DNA of 64,000 nt, from IMG/VR virus record IMGVR_UViG_3300025133_000044, positions 39,524-103,523 of that record; one strand, given 5' to 3'. Under the pieces are notes generated by a model. It searched no databases and was not told the origin of the DNA. It saw nothing but the letters and a program-made list of their open reading frames with translations. The DNA is from a virus. Every line of letters starts with the position of its first letter. Positions within the stretch are counted from its first letter, which is position 1. Both the position numbers and the translations under genes were made by a program. Of the stretch, positions 44,283 through 53,900 are shown piece after piece.

Positions 44283-45263
44283 CTAACAGACCTCACCGGG
44301 GTAATCTGATTCATCTTCATAAATATCAAATACTTTCTTCTCTTCTTCGTTAAGAACATCTTGACAGATCTTTGTTCTTCTGTCTGCAAAAACACCTTTC
44401 TTTGTTTGAACAGGATCATATTTACATAATATTTCATCATCAATTTCATCATCTATTAACAAATCAAAATAATGTTGTATATGTGTAACATCAAAATCGG
44501 GCATAGATTCGTTAATAAAACCAAATTCTGATAATTCATGATGTTGTTTTGCAGTGAAATATAATGGTCTTAAAGTTTCTATAGTAACGCCCTCTGCGAC
44601 TTCTTCAATAATCTCATAAACCTCAATATCAAAATTTTTCTTTTGAAAAGGCGCATTGTCCTCAGCAACCTTTAACAAAATTGTCATGTCCTCTTCACTT
44701 GTTAAGACAGCGAAATCTGATAAGAAGTCTTCCCCTGAATCGCCTACTGCTTCATCGATATCTGTTATCTCAACCACTACCTCAGTTTCAAGCTGCGAAA
44801 TTTTTAAAGTATTTTTTCCTCCTGATTTTCCTACTAAATCTATATAACTTGTCGATCCGCTCATTTGACCTTGTAAAAATTGTAAACCCCATGCAGGTGC
44901 ATAATCAGAGTTTATATCACTGGTTCCAATTGGAGTAGAAAACATATAATTTCTTATTGCAGTTGGTTGTAAGGCTTGAGAACCCGGCTTTTCTTTTCCT
45001 AAGAGAATTTTTTCATAAGCATTCTCAAATTGTTTGTCCAATGAAGAAAATGAAATTTGAGGCTGTAGTGTTGGAGTTTCTTTTATTCGAGGTTCTGAAC
45101 TATTTTGTAGTTCAGTTAGTCCCGCATCTTCTACATTATAAAGTATGTCATCATCATGGAAAGAATAAAAAACGGGCTTAAATTTACCAAGAGATAGAAG
45201 ATATCGACCAAATTGAGTTAATTGTAAATCTATAACATCTTGTTTTTTATCAAAAAATTCCAC
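44283..45263 (-). CDS. Baseplate/tail protein, paralogue of 36714-37772
   Basis: FFDKKQDVIDLQLTQFGR.LLS.GKFKP.FYSF.DDDILY; GTG start overlaps the upstream stop. Confidence 0.65.
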   Translation of the reverse strand: MEFFDKKQDVIDLQLTQFGRYLLSLGKFKPVFYSFHDDDILYNVEDAGLTELQNSSEPRIKETPTLQPQISFSSLDKQFENAYEKILLGKEKPGSQALQPTAIRNYMFSTPIGTSDINSDYAPAWGLQFLQGQMSGSTSYIDLVGKSGGKNTLKISQLETEVVVEITDIDEAVGDSGEDFLSDFAVLTSEEDMTILLKVAEDNAPFQKKNFDIEVYEIIEEVAEGVTIETLRPLYFTAKQHHELSEFGFINESMPDFDVTHIQHYFDLLIDDEIDDEILCKYDPVQTKKGVFADRRTKICQDVLNEEEKKVFDIYEDESDYPGEVC

Positions 45264-48200
45264 TATTTAACAACCTTTATTTTTATATCCATTTTAGCTG
45301 CCTCTATTAAAGAAAAATTATCATATGGCCAATTTATTCCATAAACTTCATTAGCAAATATATCCGAAGATGGGCTTAAATTATCTATCCGGAATCCCGC
45401 TGCTCGCGCTGAGGGGTTCTGTGCTCTATTTTCTGCCATAGTAACTACACTTCTATCTTTGTATCTCTTATAATTAGAAACGGCGCGCTGTTTAATTTTA
45501 AAAACCATAAATTTCATTTTTTCATAATATTCTTTTGTAGTTGTAAACCCTGTTGGACTTGTTGCAGAAACCGGTCCTTTTGCAGGAATTGAAAGGTCCT
45601 TTTCGATTATACTTCTTAGCTCGCTGACCAAAGGCAATGGTGAAAGAAAATTTGCCAAATTAAAAGTTGCTAGTGTTTGTATCGGAGGTGTAGCGCCGAT
45701 GATGGAGGTTATTGGTCTCGCATAACTAGGTATTAAATTAGGATCATCTACAGCATAATCGGGCCCTGGGTGAACTGTTAAATTACGAAATATTTTTTCG
45801 GCGCGGAGACTAATATCCGGCATTATGCCTTGATATATATTAATTAAATCTTGTTTGTTCAGTTGATGTGAAAAAGGCACAACAATCATTTGAAAAGGTT
45901 TGATATCTTTATTATGAATAAAATCAAATTCTGGAGGGAGTTGAAATCCTCGGGATCCCGGAATATCAGTATGCCCTATCAGCGATGTAATCATCTTTCC
46001 GACATCACAGTTCATAGCGTTCTGGAGCGTGGATTGATTGTCTTCTTTATGTGTAAGCCAATGTTTTGTCAATTGTTCATAATTTAATGAATCTCTTTTA
46101 TAATATTTTTCAGTCAATATAGCACTCAAAATATTTTCAAAAGTCAAGCTATGAATTCCCAAGAAATGCTTACCTGGTATTATTTGTCTCGTAGTGAAGA
46201 CATCCTCAAGCATTCTCATATCGCCGTCCAGTGGAGCTGGATCTGCCGACGTGGTATAGATGAAATTTAGACTGACTGGTTCTTCAAAATAAGGAATAAT
46301 AGCTATAGCCTCATGTATATCTTTTTGATTGGCCATTTTACCTATTTCAAACTTCTTAGGTACATTTTCTATACCTAATCTATAAGATAAAGAACCTGTC
46401 ATACTACCAGATGTTGTCATCTGTGATTTTTTTAAGAAAATTGAACCTGGTTCTGAAAAATCACCTGGAATAAGATCAGTTGGCGAGGATACAGGTTCTT
46501 CTTCTAAGTTTGGGAAACTGTCTGCAATTGAAAAATAGATACCTTTTTCAGCCTTGTACCCTGGCCGTTCAGCCCAGGTAGCTAATTTTATAATTGGATC
46601 GTAAGGATCTGTTCCATATCCTCCCCACATTGATCTGCCTGTTTTTTCACTATGATATGGATTAGATACTAGGTTTAATCCGAGTTTGCGCACATTTTCA
46701 TCTGTATACCCAATAGTTTCATAGTGTGCAGTATAGGAAGATGAAAAATCAAGTACCGGACAGACCCACTTTGGCATTGCATACCATATTTTTATGGGAT
46801 CCTGCTGGCTGCCTGCGCCGAAGCCCCCCAAGAAGCCGGCGAGGACGTCTTCCTGTGGCGCAGGGGGCTGACTAACATTTATTAATTCATTAAAAATATC
46901 GATGCTAGCATCAATTTTCATTCTTGTGAAAGAGGCAAGAGCGGTAGAAGCGATTGAAGGAAGTTTTGGTGTAAGGCCGCCGGTTATGTCATATTGTGCA
47001 CGATAAAAAGAACTCGTTACAATTTCTTCAAAAGCTTCAGCAATCGGAAGAGCGCTGCGGCCTCCGTTGACACTAAGTATAATACGACTGCTCCCATAAA
47101 AGTAAGGGGGTGTCCAAGCTTGGTAAGCTGGATCGCTTAGATTGGCAGCATATGCTGAATGGAAATCTGTTGGCATATGATAGCCCAGACCGTCTTTTCT
47201 TCCAACGAGTGCGCCGGCCAGCGCAGACAGGTTGGAGGGAAGTTCTGGGATGACTTCAATTGGTGGTCCATATAAATATCCACGTAAACTAGACGAAAGG
47301 GGGCCCTCGCCAAACGGTATGCTGCCAGAATAAATAAAGTTGCTCTTTCTTGGGCCCTCGCACATTACCTGGTCAACGCCCATTTCCAATCTCAAATCCA
47401 TCTGAAATTTCTTGCCCTTGGGTGCCACATTCAGAAAACGCTGTGGCTTGGACATAATAATAGGAAATTTTATGTTTAATGCCTCATCTTGTGGCGCTAA
47501 GAAAAATTCCATAGTTTCTGAAAGATAGTTATTAATAGCGCTTTCATATAATCTTAAAATTGAATTATCAATCGTTGTGGGATCATTTTTAAGTCGAACA
47601 TTTGGTTGATAATCGAGGGAAGCTGAGCCGTGCGCAGAAGCAGAGATATTGTAGTTGGCGGCGGTACCGAGCCAATCCGAAGAGCCGCCGGCTGCCATGA
47701 CACTTCCAGAACCCCACAAAAAATCAGAAACTAAATAATTTGCATATGGATTTCTCTCGTTATCAGTAAAATGAAGTTTAGCTAATTTGCTCAAATCGTA
47801 AAGTGCCTCAAATGGCATTCTATAATCTGGTCTGTTTTTAAGATAGGCTGGCATGGCATTTGCAACACCCATCATGTGATATCCACCATGACCAAAAGAG
47901 CCAGTTGAAAGAGTCAAATCAATACCGGCGCCGAATTCGCCGTAGACGTCGGGTGTGCCGAACTCGACGAAGTGGGTGAGCATGTTCTCGTTAAGAGCTA
48001 TAGCGTGAGAGGCACTCATACAACTGTTATAATACTCCGGCGGTGATTTCAGGTATACAGGATAATCGACAGCAATACCGGATTTAATTGAATTATATAA
48101 CAAGCCAGGAGCAAAGAAAGGTTCTAACAAAGCCTGCATCATTGCTTGCCCTTTAGAACCTGATTCTTGTGCTGTAGGTTCGCCGTTATCATTAATTGTT

Positions 48201-50893
48201 GAATGTACACTATAGGCGGGGGTGGCGGGGATTGTATAATGAGCTACATTAGTAACGGTATTCTTAAATGAATATCCTTCCTCTATATGGTCTTCAAAAG
48301 CTTTTTTAAAATAAGAACCGATCTGAACAGTTCTTGCCATTGGGTAAAAACCTTCGTATGGCAACAATTTTTTGATGCCATCACACTCAAAAGAGATTTC
48401 TTTAGGTACCGTATTTTGTCTAAATCCCTTTTCATGCATTAAATAAGTAAAGTTTCTGAGATCATCTGTATGCACAAATTTCTGATTAAAAATTACACTT
48501 CCACTAACATTTCTATAATGTTTAGAAGTATTCGTATTATCGCTAAGTCTTTCTACACCATAAATATCATCGTATTCATAACGATTTGTTGTATGGTCGG
48601 CCTGTTCTAAATCGTCTACGGGTGAACTAGAAGTTATCTCGGCGCCGTGTAGTGTTAAAAAGCTTAACTTATGCGAAATATATCCGGCCTTTGGATCGGA
48701 TGTGCTGGTTGGAACACCAAAATTTCTTTTAATTTTTATAGCTTTCGCGCCTAAAGATTGAACATAAGATTCGTGCTCAACAAATATTCTAGTATCTTTT
48801 GCTTCTTCATAAGTTTTTATAAAGTTGTCGTAATGATCATAATGCTCAGATATCCTGAATTCGGGTAAAATCGTGTAATCGCGGGCAATATATTTAATAT
48901 CATTACCAATGAAATCATTGTAAGTATCGTACATTGGATTTCGACCAATAACCAAATTAGTTACCCACCATGGCGATTGATATGGATATGTATGACGTAA
49001 ATATTGCATTGAAGCTGTTGCAGCAGTATAACCTATTGGGCCATCGCCGGTAAAGCTATCATAAGCGGCCGGCGTTGCCGCCTCGAATAGATGGCGAGAC
49101 GGCACGTGTCTATAAAAGAATATTGTTGGTTTGGTGCTGTATGCTAATTCTCCAGCAGATCTGGTTACCCACGTGGGTGGAATATGGAAGGTCTGGCCGG
49201 ATAAAGCGTACGAGAACCCGTTGATTATGGTCCCTATATCACTGAAACTTGAACTCTTATAAGAAGCGTTTGAAGGAAGGGACGCGCAAACCATTTGTTC
49301 TTGTAAGGCGCCTGTAATACAAGAATTCCTCCATTGTGCATGTGGTGTAAGACCAATTTGTGTGCCGTCGTTGCCCGGGGTAAAGTAATCATATTTAGTA
49401 ATCGCCGCGGCGGGGTCGACGGGCGGGTCCGAGCTGCCCTTGACGTGTGGAATAATAATTCCCGAGGGAGCCATGCCATATGGGATAGCATCCAATGGCC
49501 ACATACTATTAAGATTAATCTGATATGGTTGATATGAATCTAATTGAATATAGCCTTTAAGTTCTTCGATCGAAGTGCTTCGGGCCGTGGTCGCCTCGTC
49601 GGGGGAAATTTCCGATGGGTCGCCAGGGAATAGATCGTCGTGGATCACGTCGACGACCATCGAAGAAGATTGATTTGTTATAATGCCATTGGGAAGATAC
49701 TTTAAATACGATCCAAACCAGGTGTCGAGTGGACCGGTGCCCATTTGGCCGATGATGGCGTCGAAATCATATGCATGTTGTACCCAATGGCCGTAGATGC
49801 CCGTAAGAGTGTCCAGTTGAGGAGTGTAGATCATACTTTGTGTAATATCTTGTGTGTTTAAAGCTTGTTCTATCGTTCGAAATCGTGAGGAAGAAGCGGT
49901 TGAATATTGGATATCTCGCCAGTAACTTCTTGTTGAACCATGATTCCGGTCATATCCGTCAGTGCCATAACCAGCAACTTCTTCATAATTTGGTTTTTCT
50001 AATTTAAATTTACGATAAGCATTAATACCACGTGGATAAATCGTTTCATGGAATACATAATCAACGGCACTAGGCTTATAATCCCCGGGATTTCTAGCAG
50101 CATAGAATAGAGAATATACTTCTTGTTTATTTCTAGTATGGCGAGATCTCGCTCTGGGATCTGCATTGGAAAGTTTTAAAGTATCATTTAACTTATCATT
50201 AGAAAAATAAGTCATTTGATTAAACATACTTTGTCTTGCACGAACATATATACGTTGTCCACCAATAATATCAGTTGGAACATCATAGATAAAAGGCTTG
50301 TATTTTGATATAACTGATGGCTCATAAAATTGTTTTAAATTTTGGATGGACACACTGCCAGACCAGGCTGTGGTGTGATAACCTGGTGGTCCTTCGGGAC
50401 CATAATTGTCCATATTGATCGATTTAACAATGTGTTTGGGATTCCTCGTGTCAATCGACATCGTATTGTGCAATCTTTGATCTTTTGCAACAGGGTGTTG
50501 CCAGCCTCGATATTGTTTCCATGTTGGCCAACTATAGGGGCCGTTACGATGATGTATAAGACCATTTAGAATATACGCGTAATCAGCATTATCAATTATC
50601 GCAACGGCATCTCGTATTGGCGATTCCTGGAGGCCTCCCAAATAGTCATTTTTCCACGAAAATCCGGACACTCCATCCTGGGATGGGTCATTAGTGGTGT
50701 TTGGATATCCTAAATAATTCTCGCTGGATGTGACTGGCTCATAAATATTTGTATTCAAGCCAACAAAATCGTTAAAAACAATATGTTGCTCGCCGGCTCC
50801 GAGAGCCGAATAAAACCTAATGCTAGTTCCAGTGCTATTGTGTGTTCCAACTTCACTTGCGCTCAAAAAATTTAATGATCCAGTCGTTGCCAT
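45263..50893 (-). CDS. Very large hypothetical virion protein (1876 aa)
   Basis: Long ORF with AGAGG SD and late motif variant at 50916-50923; ends NWPYD.FSL.E.AK.D. Confidence 0.7.
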   Translation of the reverse strand: MATTGSLNFLSASEVGTHNSTGTSIRFYSALGAGEQHIVFNDFVGLNTNIYEPVTSSENYLGYPNTTNDPSQDGVSGFSWKNDYLGGLQESPIRDAVAIIDNADYAYILNGLIHHRNGPYSWPTWKQYRGWQHPVAKDQRLHNTMSIDTRNPKHIVKSINMDNYGPEGPPGYHTTAWSGSVSIQNLKQFYEPSVISKYKPFIYDVPTDIIGGQRIYVRARQSMFNQMTYFSNDKLNDTLKLSNADPRARSRHTRNKQEVYSLFYAARNPGDYKPSAVDYVFHETIYPRGINAYRKFKLEKPNYEEVAGYGTDGYDRNHGSTRSYWRDIQYSTASSSRFRTIEQALNTQDITQSMIYTPQLDTLTGIYGHWVQHAYDFDAIIGQMGTGPLDTWFGSYLKYLPNGIITNQSSSMVVDVIHDDLFPGDPSEISPDEATTARSTSIEELKGYIQLDSYQPYQINLNSMWPLDAIPYGMAPSGIIIPHVKGSSDPPVDPAAAITKYDYFTPGNDGTQIGLTPHAQWRNSCITGALQEQMVCASLPSNASYKSSSFSDIGTIINGFSYALSGQTFHIPPTWVTRSAGELAYSTKPTIFFYRHVPSRHLFEAATPAAYDSFTGDGPIGYTAATASMQYLRHTYPYQSPWWVTNLVIGRNPMYDTYNDFIGNDIKYIARDYTILPEFRISEHYDHYDNFIKTYEEAKDTRIFVEHESYVQSLGAKAIKIKRNFGVPTSTSDPKAGYISHKLSFLTLHGAEITSSSPVDDLEQADHTTNRYEYDDIYGVERLSDNTNTSKHYRNVSGSVIFNQKFVHTDDLRNFTYLMHEKGFRQNTVPKEISFECDGIKKLLPYEGFYPMARTVQIGSYFKKAFEDHIEEGYSFKNTVTNVAHYTIPATPAYSVHSTINDNGEPTAQESGSKGQAMMQALLEPFFAPGLLYNSIKSGIAVDYPVYLKSPPEYYNSCMSASHAIALNENMLTHFVEFGTPDVYGEFGAGIDLTLSTGSFGHGGYHMMGVANAMPAYLKNRPDYRMPFEALYDLSKLAKLHFTDNERNPYANYLVSDFLWGSGSVMAAGGSSDWLGTAANYNISASAHGSASLDYQPNVRLKNDPTTIDNSILRLYESAINNYLSETMEFFLAPQDEALNIKFPIIMSKPQRFLNVAPKGKKFQMDLRLEMGVDQVMCEGPRKSNFIYSGSIPFGEGPLSSSLRGYLYGPPIEVIPELPSNLSALAGALVGRKDGLGYHMPTDFHSAYAANLSDPAYQAWTPPYFYGSSRIILSVNGGRSALPIAEAFEEIVTSSFYRAQYDITGGLTPKLPSIASTALASFTRMKIDASIDIFNELINVSQPPAPQEDVLAGFLGGFGAGSQQDPIKIWYAMPKWVCPVLDFSSSYTAHYETIGYTDENVRKLGLNLVSNPYHSEKTGRSMWGGYGTDPYDPIIKLATWAERPGYKAEKGIYFSIADSFPNLEEEPVSSPTDLIPGDFSEPGSIFLKKSQMTTSGSMTGSLSYRLGIENVPKKFEIGKMANQKDIHEAIAIIPYFEEPVSLNFIYTTSADPAPLDGDMRMLEDVFTTRQIIPGKHFLGIHSLTFENILSAILTEKYYKRDSLNYEQLTKHWLTHKEDNQSTLQNAMNCDVGKMITSLIGHTDIPGSRGFQLPPEFDFIHNKDIKPFQMIVVPFSHQLNKQDLINIYQGIMPDISLRAEKIFRNLTVHPGPDYAVDDPNLIPSYARPITSIIGATPPIQTLATFNLANFLSPLPLVSELRSIIEKDLSIPAKGPVSATSPTGFTTTKEYYEKMKFMVFKIKQRAVSNYKRYKDRSVVTMAENRAQNPSARAAGFRIDNLSPSSDIFANEVYGINWPYDNFSLIEAAKMDIKIKVVK

Positions 50894-50930
50894 TTTTTAC
50901 CTCTTTCCTGTCATATAATTAGATTATACC

Positions 50931-53900
50931 CTAAATTATTGATCCTGTTATCCATGCATATTGTTTATCTGTTCTTGGTATCATATGTGAGATAAAAGCG
51001 TTATCATACATTTGCGTTGTCCCCAGGCAGAGTCCGGATGCAGAGTCGGGACCAGATATTACTTGGGGGTATGAGCCTCCTGGTCCTACATTTGTGCTAT
51101 TCGAGCTTTTTCGGTCAACAGAGGTTATTATAAGGGCGCCGTTGGCTGTTAATATATCACCGATATCTCCCATCTTCCACCAAGATACTAAGTTACTATA
51201 CTGAGAATGTTCTTCAAGATCTCCAGGGCCGGGTTGATGGTCCGAGACAATCCCGACACATGAATGCCCATTGTATAATTCTAAAACTTCTGCTGCTGTT
51301 AGCTCGGTTTTCCACAAACTTACCTCGTCTATAGCACCGTCAGCAAACTTATCAGTAGAGTCGTCCTCCTTGCCAATGTTAACAGGTGCAGAGGTATTGT
51401 GCATAGTAGCGTAATCATTTGCGCCTGTTGACTCGGCATGAATAGATGAAACTTGCTGGCCATTTATATATAATTTAATAGTTTTAGCGCCGACAGCTGC
51501 GTTGGCTGTAGCGGCTACGTGGGCCCACGCTCCCTCGATCGTAGCGATGGCGGCGGTGGTGGAGAATTCTTGTTCGTATTTAGAACTAGTTTGATCATAA
51601 ACTGTCAATGACAATTTATCAGCGTCAGTGACTTCAAATCTATATTCGTAAGCTGCAGCGCTGTGGTCAACTTTTTCAAAAATAGGAAAGTTAGTTGCAT
51701 CAGTCATTTTAACCCAAGCGCTAATAGAAAATGGAAGATCTGCAGCCACAATGTCGTCAGTGCCGCCAGTAAAGTTCGGCAACGTAACGGTTCCCTTCGG
51801 CACGAAATTCAAACCCACGACATCATGGTCCTGCTTTGATGTCATTACTACATTACCAGCATCGCCATTTGTACCCTGTGTAAGAAGAAGCGTTTGATCT
51901 AGCAAGCTTCCAACAAAAGGAGGACTTCCAGATGTAATATCAATATGGTTATTGGAACTAGCACCGTTAATAGCTGCTTCAATCATCTCTGCAAGGTCGA
52001 AGGGATCGATGATTACTGCTTCGCTAGCAGCTATAATATAGTTGATAGGGGTAACAGTGTCATCATAAGTAGATATGCCCAAGGAGGTATCAAACGTAAA
52101 TTTTACTTGTTGGCCTGCGACATCCTGTAAAATGAAGTATTCATCATCTAATCCTACCGGTTGATTAACTTCATCGACGCCGTTGAAAAAGTTATTTGTA
52201 GAAAAACTCAACGTGGCTGTGGTGCCGTAAAAGACCTCGATGAGCCAAGGGGCTGTGTAGGTTGTCTCGACGGCTGTATTCCCTTGCGGGCCCTCGTGGT
52301 CTTGTGTGAGAATAAGCGCCCAGCTTCCGGGTGGGGCGGTGGGATCGCCAGAGAGACCAGCCACAGCAGTAGTGGACAGAAGCTGGGGGGTACTCTGCAT
52401 ATAATTAATAGCTTCTTCTATTGCGACTGCTAACTCCTGTGGAGTAGTGATATTGAGAGCTGGTATAACTACAAATCCCTGACCGGTGATGGCGTTGTGG
52501 GTGTAGGTGATGAGGGCCGCGGTGATATCAAAAGAAAATTTAAATGTGCTAGGTGAAACTGGTGCACCGTCAGTTAAAGTGAAGGTTTCGAATTGTAATC
52601 CTAGCGGCTGTATGATTGCGTCCTCTCCACCTGTGAAGTTTATAGAACCAAGTAAAGTAAGGGTGTCAGCATCCTCAACAGCATCGAGTGCGCTGAGAGC
52701 TGCAATAGGATTTCCATTTCCAATAACACCTAGCTGACCTTGCGTAAGAACAATTGTTTGTTCTAAACCTGGGTCGCCGGATCCGGGATGTGGATTTTGA
52801 ACCAATATGTCAATATGATGCTGAGTTTGCGCAAATTCTATCGCGCCAACAATTGCAGAAGCTAACAAATATGGATTATTCTGATCTCTAATACCCACAC
52901 TTATATTTACAGGAGTAACTGCAGTATCCTCAGTTATAACATCATCAGTATTGTCAAACGTGAATTTTACTTGGCGGTCGGCGTGGTCCTGTAGAGTGAA
53001 CCATTCAGTATCCAGGCGGGCTAGCCAGCCAGTGGCGCCCGTGAAATATGCCTGTGGATAAGCCGGAATTTTGAAAGTGTCTGTCGTTGTAGCTGCCGCG
53101 CCGGGGATATTGGCCGGCCAATCGCCGGCGACCTCAAGAATCGCCTGGGCAGAGACCCCTGTTATGTCAGCAGGCCAGTTGCCAGCGATAGCAAGAGTTG
53201 ACGTAGCAGGTGTGCCAGCGGCAGCTGCGACGGCAAAAGAAAGTGAATCAGAATCGTTAACTTGAAGGTAACTATCCGTTCCGTTGAAGGAAGCAGCTTT
53301 ATTTTCAGATAAGGGTACTGAAATAGGTACTTCAGAAGGTCTTTCGAGATTGTTCCTGTGATATTTATGTTTTGACGCGTCGCCTTCAACTTGGTAATTA
53401 GATGAGTTTATTGCGCCGGACACTTCTGATCCGTATACTCTTGCAAAAACAGTACTTGGGCCATGGGTACTTACACCAAACTGGCCCATGTGTGCTTGAA
53501 GTTGGGTACTGAGAACTTTTCTACCCCAATTATTTCTCCACGGCATTGCATTGTAAACAGAATAAGTTTCGTGGGCTGGATCTCGAAAGCCACGTGACAT
53601 AACTTCAAAACCACCTGGAGAACTGAATTTGTTTTTAAATCTCGTTCTATTTTTTACAGATCCAGATATATAATCTTTATTAAGACAGTTGTAATCAATA
53701 CGTTTCAATTCAGTTCTAACTGTACCGGGAGGTATAGACAAAACTTCTTCAATACTACCAGTACCAATTCCTAATATCTCTGCTGTGATACTAGTAATCT
53801 CGTCAACGTGTTTAACGAACCAGGGGTCATTTGCTTCTGGGCTTACCGTGCTAATATATTCATATCTATCAAGATAATTACCTGCTTTCGTTGGTGAAGA

